A model generated the notes under the pieces. It did not search any database and had not been told where the DNA came from. It saw nothing but the letters and a program-made list of their open reading frames with translations. From Auanema rhodensis (taxonomy: Eukaryota > Animalia > Nematoda): a stretch of DNA of 64,000 nucleotides. Below, in pieces: positions 10,882 to 25,100 of this stretch; position 1 is the stretch's first letter; the number at the start of each line of letters is the position of its first letter. The stretch spans positions 21,142,001 to 21,206,000 of the forward strand of contig OZ059897.1 in NCBI GenBank assembly GCA_964057225.1, in the 5' to 3' direction. A program made the position numbers and the translations under genes.

Positions 10882-13800
10882 CGAGGATATAAGTGTGAAC
10901 TTATATCAGTTGATATCTCGGTGCATTTTTAAGCTAGCGCAAATCTGATAACACAGATCGACGCAGCTTAAAAATCCGGATCGAATGCACTATACTACAT
11001 TAAGAAACGCTTGATACAAAAATTAGTTATGATCGTTTGAAAAATGATGCATTAGTGTATGTTGAGTTTCCATGTACACTCAACATGGCTTCCAAAAACA
11101 TTTTGACAAAAATTTTTTCGAAAAATTTCAAAATAATTTAGCAAAAAGTAGATGTTTTTAGATTCCATTTTTCAAGGCAAAGACGATGGACAATGTTATT
11201 CAACGAAAAAATTAATTCTTCAGGGTGAAAATCGAGGATATAAGTGTAAACTTATATCAGTTGATATCTCGGTGCATTTTTAAGCTAGCGCAAATCTGAT
11301 AACACAGATCGACGCAGCTTAAAAATCCGCATCGAATGCACTATACTACATTGAGAAACGCTTAATACAAAAATTAGTTATGATCGTTTGAAAAATGATG
11401 CATTAGTGTATGTTGAGTTTCCATGTACACTCAACATTGCTTCCAAAAACATTTTGACAAAAATTTTTTCGAAAAATTTCAAAATAATTTAGCAAAAAGT
11501 AGATGTTTTTAGATTTCTTTTTTCAAGGCAAAGACGATGGACAATGTTATTCAACGAAAAAATTATTTCTTCAGGGTGAAAATCGAGGATATAAGTGTGA
11601 ACTTATATCAGTTGATATCTCGGTGCATTTTTAAGCTAGCGCAAATCTGATAACACAGATCGACGCAGCTTAAAAATCCGCATCGAATGCACTATACTAC
11701 ATTAAGAAACGCTTGATACAAAAATTAGTTATGATCGTTTGAAAAATGATGCATTAGTGTATGTTGAGTTTCCATGTACACTCAACATGGCTTCCAAAAA
11801 CATTTTGACAAAAATTTTTTCGAAAAATTTCAAAATAATTTAGCAAAAAGTAGATGTTTTTAGATTTCTTTTTTCAAGGCAAAGACGATGGACAATGTTA
11901 TTCAACGAAAAAATTATTTCTTCAGGGTGAAAATCGAGGATATAAGTGTGAACTTATATCAGTTGATATCTCGGTGCATTTTTAAGCTAGCGCAAATCTG
12001 ATAACACAGATCGACGCAGCTTAAAAATCCGCATCGAATGCACTATACTACATTAAAAAAGGCTTGATACAAAAATTAGTTATGATCGTTTGAAAAATGA
12101 TGCATTAGTGTATGTTGAGTTTCCATGTACACTCAACATTGCTTCCAAAAACATTTTGACAAAAATTTTTTCGAAAAATTTCAAAATGATTTAGCAAAAA
12201 GTAGATGTTTTTAGATTCCATTACTCAAGGCAAAGACGATGAACAATGTTATTCGACGAAAAAATTATTTCTTCAGGGTGAAAATCGAGGATATAAGTGT
12301 GAACTTATATCAGTTGATATCTCGGTGCATTTTTAAGCTAGCGCAAATCTGATAACACAGATCGACGCAGCTTAAAAATCCGGATCGAATGCACTATACT
12401 ACATTAAGAAACGCTTGATACAAAAATTAGTTATGATCGTTTGAAAAATGATGCATTAGTGTATGTTGAGTTTCCATGTACACTCAACATGGCTTCCAAA
12501 AACATTTTGACAAAAATTTTTTCGAAAAATTTCAAAATAATTTAGCAAAAAGTAGATGTTTTTAGATTCCATTTTTCAAGGCAAAGACGATGGACAATGT
12601 TATTCAACGAAAAAATTAATTCTTCAGGGTGAAAATCGAGGATATAAGTGTGAACTTATATCAGTTGATATCTCGGTGCATTTTTAAGCTAGCGCAAATC
12701 TGATAACACAGATCGACGCAGCTTAAAAATCCGCATCGAATGCACTATACTACATTGAGAAACGCTTAATACAAAAATTAGTTATGATCGTTTGAAAAAT
12801 GATGCATTAGTGTATGTTGAGTTTCCATGTACACTCAACATTGCTTCCAAAAACATTTTGACAAAAATTTTTTCGAAAAATTTCAAGATAATTTAGCAAA
12901 AAGTAGATGTTTTTAGATTCCTTTTTTTAAGGCAAAGACGATGGACAATGTTATTTAACGAAAAAATTAATTCTTCAGGGTGAAAATCGAGGATATAAGT
13001 GTAAACTTATATCAGTTGATATCTCGGTGCATTTTTAAGCTAGCGCAAATCTGATAACACAGATCGACGCAGCTTAAAAATCCGCATCGAATGCACTATA
13101 CTACATTGAGAAACGCTTAATACAAAAATTAGTTATGATCGTTTGAAAAATGATGCATTAGTGTATGTTGAGTTTCCATGTACACTCAACATTGCTTCCA
13201 AAAACATTTTGACAAAAATTTTTTCGAAAAATTTCAAAATAATTTAGCAAAAAGTAGATGTCTTTAGATTCCTTTTTTCAAGGCGAAGACGATGGACAAT
13301 GTTATTCAACGAAAAAATTAATTCTTCAGGGTGAAAATCGAGGATATAAGTGTAAACTTATATCAGTTGATATCTCGGTGCATTTTTAAGCTAGCGCAAA
13401 TCTGATAACACAGATCGACGCAGCTTAAAAATCCGCATCGAATGCACTATACTACATTAAAAAACGCTTAATACAAAAATTAGTTATGATCGTTTGAAAA
13501 ATGATGCATTAGTGTATGTTGAGTTTCCATGTACACTCAACATTGCTTCCAAAAACATTTTGACAAAAATTTTTTCGAAAAATTTCAAAATAATTTAGCA
13601 AAAAGTAGATGTCTTTAGATTCCTTTTTTCAAGGCAAAGACGATGGACAATGTTATTTAACGAAAAAATTAATTCTTCAGGGTGAAAATCGAGGATATAA
13701 GTGTAAACTTATATCAGTTGATATCTCGGTGCATTTTTAAGCTAGCGCAAATCTGATAACACAGATCGACGCAGCTTAAAAATCCGCATCGAATGCACTA

Positions 13801-16146
13801 TACTACATTGAGAAACGCTTAATACAAAAATTAGTTATGATCGTTTGAAAAATGATGCATTAGTGTATGTTGAGTTTCCATGTACACTCAACATTGCTTC
13901 CAAAAACATTTTGACAAAAATTTTTTCGAAAAATTTCAAAATAATTTAGCAAAAAGTAGATGTCTTTAGATTCCTTTTTTCAAGGCAAAGACGATGGACA
14001 ATGTTATTCAACAAAAAAATTAATTCTTCAGGGTGAAAATCGAGGATATAAGTGTAAACTTATATCAGTTGATATCTCGGTGCATTTTTAAGCTAGCGCA
14101 AATCTGATAACACAGATCGACGCAGCTTAAAAATCCGCATCGAATGCACTATACTACATTGAAAAACGCTTAATACAAAAATTAGTTATGATCGTTTGAA
14201 AAATGATGCATTAGTGTATGTTGAGTTTCCATGTACACTCAACATTGCTTCCAAAAACATTTTGACAAAAATTTTTTCGAAAAATTTCAAAATAATTTAG
14301 CAAAAAGTAGATGTTTTTAGATTTCTTTTTTCAAGGCAAAGACGATGGACAATGTTATTCAACGAAAAAATTATTTCTTCAGGGTGAAAATCGAGGATAT
14401 AAGTGTAAACTTATATCAGTTGATATCTCGGTGCATTTTTAAGCTAGCGCAAATCTGATAACACAGATCGACGCAGCTTAAAAATCCGCATCGAATGCAC
14501 TATACTACATTGAGAAACGCTTAATACAAAAATTAGTTATGATCGTTTGAAAAATGATGCATTAGTGTATGTTGAGTTTCCATGTACACTCAACATTGCT
14601 TCCAAAAACATTTTGACAAAAATTTTTTCGAAAAATTTCAAAATAATTTAGCAAAAAGTAGATGTCTTTAGATTCCTTTTTTCAAGGCGAAGACGATGGA
14701 CAATGTTATTCAACGAAAAAATTAATTCTTCAGGGTGAAAATCGAGGATATAAGTGTAAACTTATATCAGTTGATATCTCGGTGCATTTTTAAGCTAGCG
14801 CAAATCTGATAACACAGATCGACGCAGCTTAAAAATCCGCATCGAATGCACTATACTACATTGAGAAACGCTTAATACAAAAATTAGTTATGATCGTTTG
14901 AAAAATGATGCATTAGTGTATGTTGAGTTTCCATGTACACTCAACATTGCTTCCAAAAACATTTTGACAAAAATTTTTTCGAAAAATTTCAAAATAATTT
15001 AGCAAAAAGTAGATGTCTTTAGATTCCTTTTTTCAAGGCAAAGACGATGGACAATGTTATTCAACAAAAAAATTAATTCTTCAGGGTGAAAATCGAGGAT
15101 ATAAGTGTAAACTTATATCAGTTGATATCTCGGTGCATTTTTAAGCTAGCGCAAATCTGATAACACAGATCGACGCAGCTTAAAAATCCGCATCGAATGC
15201 ACTATACTACATTAAAAAAGGCTTGATACAAAAATTAGTTATGATCGTTTGAAAAATGATGCATTAGTGTATGTTGAGTTTCCATGTACACTCAACATTG
15301 CTTCCAAAAACATTTTGACAAAAATTTTTTCGAAAAATTTCAAAATGATTTAGCAAAAAGTAGATGTTTTTAGATTCCATTACTCAAGGCAAAGACGATG
15401 AACAATGTTATTCGACGAAAAAATTATTTCTTCAGGGTGAAAATCGAGGATATAAGTGTGAACTTATATCAGTTGATATCTCGGTGCATTTTTAAGCTAG
15501 CGCAAATCTGATAACACAGATCGACGCAGCTTAAAAATCCGGATCGAATGCACTATACTACATTAAGAAACGCTTGATACAAAAATTAGTTATGATCGTT
15601 TGAAAAATGATGCATTAGTGTATGTTGAGTTTCCATGTACACTCAACATGGCTTCCAAAAACATTTTGACAAAAATTTTTTCGAAAAATTTCAAAATAAT
15701 TTAGCAAAAAGTAGATGTTTTTAGATTCCATTTTTCAAGGCAAAGACGATGGACAATGTTATTCAACGAAAAAATTAATTCTTCAGGGTGAAAATCGAGG
15801 ATATAAGTGTGAACTTATATCAGTTGATATCTCGGTGCGTTTTTAAGCTAGCGCAAATCTGATAACACAAATCGACGCAGCTTAAAAATCCGCATCGAAT
15901 GCACTATACTACATTGAGAAACGCTTAATACAAAAATTAGTTATGATCGTTTGAAAAATGATGCATTAGTGTATGTTGAGTTTCCATGTACACTCAACAT
16001 TGCTTCCAAAAACATTTTGACAAAAATTTTTTCGAAAAATTTCAAAATAATTTAGCAAAAAGTAGATGTTTTTAGATTCCATTTTTCAAGGCAAAGACGA
16101 TGGACAATGTTATTCAACGAAAAAATTATTTCTTCAGGGTGAAAAT

Positions 16147-19100
16147 CGAGGATATAAGTGTGAACTTATATCAGTTGATATCTCGGTGCATTTTTAAGCT
16201 AGCGCAAATCTGATAACACAGATCGACGCAGCTTAAAAATCCGCATCGAATGCACTATACTACATTGAAAAAGGCTTGATACAAAAATTAGTTATGATCG
16301 TTTGAAAAATGATGCATTAGTGTATGTTGAGTTTCCATGTACACTCAACATTGCTTCCAAAAACATTTTGACAAAAATTTTTTCGAAAAATTTCAAAATG
16401 ATTTAGCAAAAAGTAGATGTTTTTAGATTCCATTACTCAAGGCAAAGACGATGAACAATGTTATTCGACGAAAAAATTATTTCTTCAGGGTGAAAATCGA
16501 GGATATAAGTGTGAACTTATATCAGTTGATATCTCGGTGCATTTTTAAGCTAGCGCAAATCTGATAACACAGATGGACGCAGCTTAAAAATCCGGATCGA
16601 ATGCACTATACTACATTAAGAAACGCTTGATACAAAAATTAGTTATGATCGTTTGAAAAATGATGCATTAGTGTATGTTGAGTTTCCATGTACACTCAAC
16701 ATGGCTTCCAAAAACATTTTGACAAAAATTTTTTCGAAAAATTTCAAAATAATTTAGCAAAAAGTAGATGTTTTTAGATTCCATTTTTCAAGGCAAAGAC
16801 GATGGACAATGTTATTCAACGAAAAAATTAAATCTTCAGGGTGAAAATCGAGGATATAAGTGTGAACTTATATCAGTTGATATCTCGGTGCATTTTTAAG
16901 CTAGCGCAAATCTGATAACACAAATCGACGCAGCTTAAAAATCCGCATCGAATGCACTATACTACATTGAGAAACGCTTAATACAAAAATTAGTTATGAT
17001 CGTTTGAAAAATGATGCATTAGTGTATGTTGAGTTTCCATGTACACTCAACATTGCTTCCAAAAACATTTTGACAAAAATTTTTTCGAAAAATTTCAAAA
17101 TAATTTAGCAAAAAGTAGATGTCTTTAGATTCCTTTTTTCAAGGCAAAGACGATGGACAATGTTATTCAACAAAAAAATTAATTCTTCAGGGTGAAAATC
17201 GAGGATATAAGTGTAAACTTATATCAGTTGATATCTCGGTGCATTTTTAAGCTAGCGCAAATCTGATAACACAGATCGACGCAGCTTAAAAATCCGCATC
17301 GAATGCACTATACTACATTGAGAAACGCTTAATACAAAAATTAGTTATGATCGTTTGAAAAATGATGCATTAGTGTATGTTGAGTTTCCATGTACACTCA
17401 ACATTGCTTCCAAAAACATTTTGACAAAAATTTTTTCGAAAAATTTCAAAATAATTTAGCAAAAAGTAGATGTTTTTAGATTCCATTACTCAAGGCAAAG
17501 ACGATGAACAATGTTATTCGACGAAAAAATTATTTCTTCAGGGTGAAAATCGAGGATATAAGTGTGAACTTATATCAGTTGATATCTCGGTGCATTTTTA
17601 AGCTAGCGCAAATCTGATAACACAGATCGACGCAGCTTAAAAATCCGGATCGAATGCACTATACTACATTAAGAAACGCTTGATACAAAAATTAGTTATG
17701 ATCGTTTGAAAAATGATGCATTAGTGTATGTTGAGTTTCCATGTACACTCAACATGGCTTCCAAAAACATTTTGACAAAAATTTTTTCGAAAAATTTCAA
17801 AATAATTTAGCAAAAAGTAGATGTTTTTAGATTCCATTTTTCAAGGCAAAGACGATGGACAATGTTATTCAACGAAAAAATTAATTCTTCAGGGTGAAAA
17901 TCGAGGATATAAGTGTGAACTTATATCAGTTGATATCTCGGTGCATTTTTAAGCTAGCGCAAATCTGATAACACAAATCGACGCAGCTTAAAAATCCGCA
18001 TCGAATGCACTATACTACATTAAGAAACGCTTAATACAAAAATTAGTTATGATCGTTTGAAAAATGATGCATTAGTGTATGTTGAGTTTCCATGTACACT
18101 CAACATTGCTTCCAAAAACATTTTGACAAAAATTTTTTCGAAAAATTTCAAAATAATTTAGCAAAAAGTAGATGTTTTTAGATTCCATTTTTCAAGGCAA
18201 AGACGATGGACAATGTTATTCAACGAAAAAATTAATTCTTCAGGGTGAAAATCGAGGATATAAGTGTGAACTTATATCAGTTGATATCTCGGTGCATTTT
18301 TAAGCTAGCGCAAATCTGATAACACAGATCGACGCAGCTTAAAAATCCGAATCGAATGCACTATACTACATTAAGAAACGCTTAATACAAAAATTAGTTA
18401 TGATCGTTTGAAAAATGATGCATTAGTGTATGTTGAGTTTCCATGTACACTCAACATTGCTTCCAAAAACATTTTGACAAAAATTTTTTCGAAAAATTTC
18501 AAAATAATTTAGCAAAAAGTAGATGTCTTTAGATTCCTTTTTTCAAGGCAAAGACGATGGACAATGTTATTCAACAAAAAAATTAATTCTTCAGGGTGAA
18601 AATCGAGGATATAAGTGTAAACTTATATCAGTTGATATCTCGGTGCATTTTTAAGCTAGCGCAAATCTGATAACACAGATCGACGCAGCTTAAAAATCCG
18701 CATCGAATGCACTATACTACATTGAGAAACGCTTAATACAAAAATTAGTTATGATCGTTTGAAAAATGATGCATTAGTGTATGTTGAGTTTCCATGTACA
18801 CTCAACATTGCTTCCAAAAACATTTTGACAAAAATTTTTTCGAAAAATTTCAAAATAATTTAGCAAAAAGTAGATGTTTTTAGATTCCATTACTCAAGGC
18901 AAAGACGATGAACAATGTTATTCGACGAAAAAATTATTTCTTCAGGGTGAAAATCGAGGATATAAGTGTGAACTTATATCAGTTGATATCTCGGTGCATT
19001 TTTAAGCTAGCGCAAATCTGATAACACAGATCGACGCAGCTTAAAAATCCGGATCGAATGCACTATACTACATTAAGAAACGCTTGATACAAAAATTAGT

Positions 19101-22100
19101 TATGATCGTTTGAAAAATGATGCATTAGTGTATGTTGAGTTTCCATGTACACTCAACATGGCTTCCAAAAACATTTTGACAAAAATTTTTTCGAAAAATT
19201 TCAAAATAATTTAGCAAAAAGTAGATGTTTTTAGATTCCATTTTTCAAGGCAAAGACGATGGACAATGTTATTCAACGAAAAAATTAATTCTTCAGGGTG
19301 AAAATCGAGGATATAAGTGTGAACTTATATCAGTTGATATCTCGGTGCATTTTTAAGCTAGCGCAAATCTGATAACACAAATCGACGCAGCTTAAAAATC
19401 CGCATCGAATGCACTATACTACATTAAGAAACGCTTAATACAAAAATTAGTTATGATCGTTTGAAAAATGATGCATTAGTGTATGTTGAGTTTCCATGTA
19501 CACTCAACATTGCTTCCAAAAACATTTTGACAAAAATTTTTTCGAAAAATTTCAAAATAATTTAGCAAAAAGTAGATGTTTTTAGATTCCATTTTTCAAG
19601 GCAAAGACGATGGACAATGTTATTCAACGAAAAAATTAATTCTTCAGGGTGAAAATCGAGGATATAAGTGTGAACTTATATCAGTTGATATCTCGGTGCA
19701 TTTTTAAGCTAGCGCAAATCTGATAACACAGATCGACGCAGCTTAAAAATCCGAATCGAATGCACTATACTACATTAAGAAACGCTTAATACAAAAATTA
19801 GTTATGATCGTTTGAAAAATGATGCATTAGTGTATGTTGAGTTTCCATGTACACTCAACATTGCTTCCAAAAACATTTTGACAAAAATTTTTTCGAAAAA
19901 TTTCAAGATAATTTAGCAAAAAGTAGATGTTTTTAGATTCCTTTTTTCAAGGCAAAGACGATGGACAATGTTATTTAACGAAAAAATTAATTCTTCAGGG
20001 TGAAAATCGAGGATATAAGTGTAAACTTATATCAGTTGATATCTCGGTGCATTTTTAAGCTAGCGCAAATCTGATAACACAGATCGACGCAGCTTAAAAA
20101 TCCGCATCGAATGCACTATACTACATTGAGAAACGCTTAATACAAAAATTAGTTATGATCGTTTGAAAAATGATGCATTAGTGTATGTTGAGTTTCCATG
20201 TACACTCAACATTGCTTCCAAAAACATTTTGACAAAAATTTTTTCGAAAAATTTCAAAATAATTTAGCAAAAAGTAGATGTCTTTAGATTCCTTTTTTCA
20301 AGGCAAAGACGATGGACAATGTTATTCAACAAAAAAATTAATTCTTCAGGGTGAAAATCGAGGATATAAGTGTAAACTTATATCAGTTGATATCTCGGTG
20401 CATTTTTAAGCTAGCGCAAATCTGATAACACAGATCGACGCAGCTTAAAAATCCGCATCGAATGCACTATACTACATTGAGAAACGCTTAATACAAAAAT
20501 TAGTTATGATCGTTTGAAAAATGATGCATTAGTGTATGTTGAGTTTCCATGTACACTCAACATTGCTTCCAAAAACATTTTGACAAAAATTTTTTCGAAA
20601 AATTTCAAAATAATTTAGCAAAAAGTAGATGTTTTTAGATTCCTTTTTTCAAGGCAAAGACGATGGACAATGTTATTCAACGAAAAAATTATTTCTTCAG
20701 GGTGAAAATCGAGGATATAAGTGTGAACTTATATCAGTTGATATCTCGGTGCATTTTTAAGCTAGCGCAAATCTGATAACACAGATCGACGCAGCTTAAA
20801 AATCCGCATCGAATGCACTATACTACATTGAAAAAGGCTTGATACAAAAATTAGTTATGATCGTTTGAAAAATGATGCATTAGTGTATGTTGAGTTTCCA
20901 TGTACACTCAACATTGCTTCCAAAAACATTTTGACAAAAATTTTTTCGAAAAATTTCAAAATGATTTAGCAAAAAGTAGATGTTTTTAGATTCCATTACT
21001 CAAGGCAAAGACGATGAACAATGTTATTCGACGAAAAAATTATTTCTTCAGGGTGAAAATCGAGGATATAAGTGTGAACTTATATCAGTTGATATCTCGG
21101 TGCATTTTTAAGCTAGCGCAAATCTGATAACACAGATCGACGCAGCTTAAAAATCCGGATCGAATGCACTATACTACATTAAGAAACGCTTGATACAAAA
21201 ATTAGTTATGATCGTTTGAAAAATGATGCATTAGTGTATGTTGAGTTTCCATGTACACTCAACATGGCTTCCAAAAACATTTTGACAAAAATTTTTTCGA
21301 AAAATTTCAAAATAATTTAGCAAAAAGTAGATGTTTTTAGATTCCATTTTTCAAGGCAAAGACGATGGACAATGTTATTCAACGAAAAAATTAAATCTTC
21401 AGGGTGAAAATCGAGGATATAAGTGTGAACTTATATCAGTTGATATCTCGGTGCATTTTTAAGCTAGCGCAAATCTGATAACACAAATCGACGCAGCTTA
21501 AAAATCCGCATCGAATGCACTATACTACATTGAGAAACGCTTAATACAAAAATTAGTTATGATCGTTTGAAAAATGATGCATTAGTGTATGTTGAGTTTC
21601 CATGTACACTCAACATTGCTTCCAAAAACATTTTGACAAAAATTTTTTCGAAAAATTTCAAAATAATTTAGCAAAAAGTAGATGTCTTTAGATTCCTTTT
21701 TTCAAGGCAAAGACGATGGACAATGTTATTCAACAAAAAAATTAATTCTTCAGGGTGAAAATCGAGGATATAAGTGTAAACTTATATCAGTTGATATCTC
21801 GGTGCATTTTTAAGCTAGCGCAAATCTGATAACACAGATCGACGCAGCTTAAAAATCCGCATCGAATGCACTATACTACATTGAGAAACGCTTAATACAA
21901 AAATTAGTTATGATCGTTTGAAAAATGATGCATTAGTGTATGTTGAGTTTCCATGTACACTCAACATTGCTTCCAAAAACATTTTGACAAAAATTTTTTC
22001 GAAAAATTTCAAAATAATTTAGCAAAAAGTAGATGTTTTTAGATTCCATTACTCAAGGCAAAGACGATGAACAATGTTATTCGACGAAAAAATTATTTCT

Positions 22101-25100
22101 TCAGGGTGAAAATCGAGGATATAAGTGTGAACTTATATCAGTTGATATCTCGGTGCATTTTTAAGCTAGCGCAAATCTGATAACACAGATCGACGCAGCT
22201 TAAAAATCCGGATCGAATGCACTATACTACATTAAGAAACGCTTGATACAAAAATTAGTTATGATCGTTTGAAAAATGATGCATTAGTGTATGTTGAGTT
22301 TCCATGTACACTCAACATGGCTTCCAAAAACATTTTGACAAAAATTTTTTCGAAAAATTTCAAAATAATTTAGCAAAAAGTAGATGTTTTTAGATTCCAT
22401 TTTTCAAGGCAAAGACGATGGACAATGTTATTCAACGAAAAAATTAATTCTTCAGGGTGAAAATCGAGGATATAAGTGTGAACTTATATCAGTTGATATC
22501 TCGGTGCATTTTTAAGCTAGCGCAAATCTGATAACACAAATCGACGCAGCTTAAAAATCCGCATCGAATGCACTATACTACATTAAGAAACGCTTAATAC
22601 AAAAATTAGTTATGATCGTTTGAAAAATGATGCATTAGTGTATGTTGAGTTTCCATGTACACTCAACATTGCTTCCAAAAACATTTTGACAAAAATTTTT
22701 TCGAAAAATTTCAAAATAATTTAGCAAAAAGTAGATGTTTTTAGATTCCATTTTTCAAGGCAAAGACGATGGACAATGTTATTCAACGAAAAAATTAATT
22801 CTTCAGGGTGAAAATCGAGGATATAAGTGTGAACTTATATCAGTTGATATCTCGGTGCATTTTTAAGCTAGCGCAAATCTGATAACACAGATCGACGCAG
22901 CTTAAAAATCCGAATCGAATGCACTATACTACATTAAGAAACGCTTAATACAAAAATTAGTTATGATCGTTTGAAAAATGATGCATTAGTGTATGTTGAG
23001 TTTCCATGTACACTCAACATTGCTTCCAAAAACATTTTGACAAAAATTTTTTCGAAAAATTTCAAGATAATTTAGCAAAAAGTAGATGTTTTTAGATTCC
23101 TTTTTTCAAGGCAAAGACGATGGACAATGTTATTTAACGAAAAAATTAATTCTTCAGGGTGAAAATCGAGGATATAAGTGTAAACTTATATCAGTTGATA
23201 TCTCGGTGCATTTTTAAGCTAGCGCAAATCTGATAACACAGATCGACGCAGCTTAAAAATCCGCATCGAATGCACTATACTACATTGAGAAACGCTTAAT
23301 ACAAAAATTAGTTATGATCGTTTGAAAAATGATGCATTAGTGTATGTTGAGTTTCCATGTACACTCAACATTGCTTCCAAAAACATTTTGACAAAAATTT
23401 TTTCGAAAAATTTCAAAATAATTTAGCAAAAAGTAGATGTCTTTAGATTCCTTTTTTCAAGGCAAAGACGATGGACAATGTTATTCAACAAAAAAATTAA
23501 TTCTTCAGGGTGAAAATCGAGGATATAAGTGTAAACTTATATCAGTTGATATCTCGGTGCATTTTTAAGCTAGCGCAAATCTGATAACACAGATCGACGC
23601 AGCTTAAAAATCCGCATCGAATGCACTATACTACATTGAGAAACGCTTAATACAAAAATTAGTTATGATCGTTTGAAAAATGATGCATTAGTGTATGTTG
23701 AGTTTCCATGTACACTCAACATTGCTTCCAAAAACATTTTGACAAAAATTTTTTCGAAAAATTTCAAAATAATTTAGCAAAAAGTAGATGTTTTTAGATT
23801 CCTTTTTTCAAGGCAAAGACGATGGACAATGTTATTCAACGAAAAAATTATTTCTTCAGGGTGAAAATCGAGGATATAAGTGTGAACTTATATCAGTTGA
23901 TATCTCGGTGCATTTTTAAGCTAGCGCAAATCTGATAACACAGATCGACGCAGCTTAAAAATCCGCATCGAATGCACTATACTACATTGAAAAAGGCTTG
24001 ATACAAAAATTAGTTATGATCGTTTGAAAAATGATGCATTAGTGTATGTTGAGTTTCCATGTACACTCAACATTGCTTCCAAAAACATTTTGACAAAAAT
24101 TTTTTCGAAAAATTTCAAAATGATTTAGCAAAAAGTAGATGTTTTTAGATTCCATTACTCAAGGCAAAGACGATGAACAATGTTATTCGACGAAAAAATT
24201 ATTTCTTCAGGGTGAAAATCGAGGATATAAGTGTGAACTTATATCAGTTGATATCTCGGTGCATTTTTAAGCTAGCGCAAATCTGATAACACAGATCGAC
24301 GCAGCTTAAAAATCCGGATCGAATGCACTATACTACATTAAGAAACGCTTGATACAAAAATTAGTTATGATCGTTTGAAAAATGATGCATTAGTGTATGT
24401 TGAGTTTCCATGTACACTCAACATGGCTTCCAAAAACATTTTGACAAAAATTTTTTCGAAAAATTTCAAAATAATTTAGCAAAAAGTAGATGTTTTTAGA
24501 TTCCATTTTTCAAGGCAAAGACGATGGACAATGTTATTCAACGAAAAAATTAAATCTTCAGGGTGAAAATCGAGGATATAAGTGTGAACTTATATCAGTT
24601 GATATCTCGGTGCATTTTTAAGCTAGCGCAAATCTGATAACACAAATCGACGCAGCTTAAAAATCCGCATCGAATGCACTATACTACATTGAGAAACGCT
24701 TAATACAAAAATTAGTTATGATCGTTTGAAAAATGATGCATTAGTGTATGTTGAGTTTCCATGTACACTCAACATTGCTTCCAAAAACATTTTGACAAAA
24801 ATTTTTTCGAAAAATTTCAAAATAATTTAGCAAAAAGTAGATGTCTTTAGATTCCTTTTTTCAAGGCAAAGACGATGGACAATGTTATTCAACAAAAAAA
24901 TTAATTCTTCAGGGTGAAAATCGAGGATATAAGTGTAAACTTATATCAGTTGATATCTCGGTGCATTTTTAAGCTAGCGCAAATCTGATAACACAGATCG
25001 ACGCAGCTTAAAAATCCGCATCGAATGCACTATACTACATTGAGAAACGCTTAATACAAAAATTAGTTATGATCGTTTGAAAAATGATGCATTAGTGTAT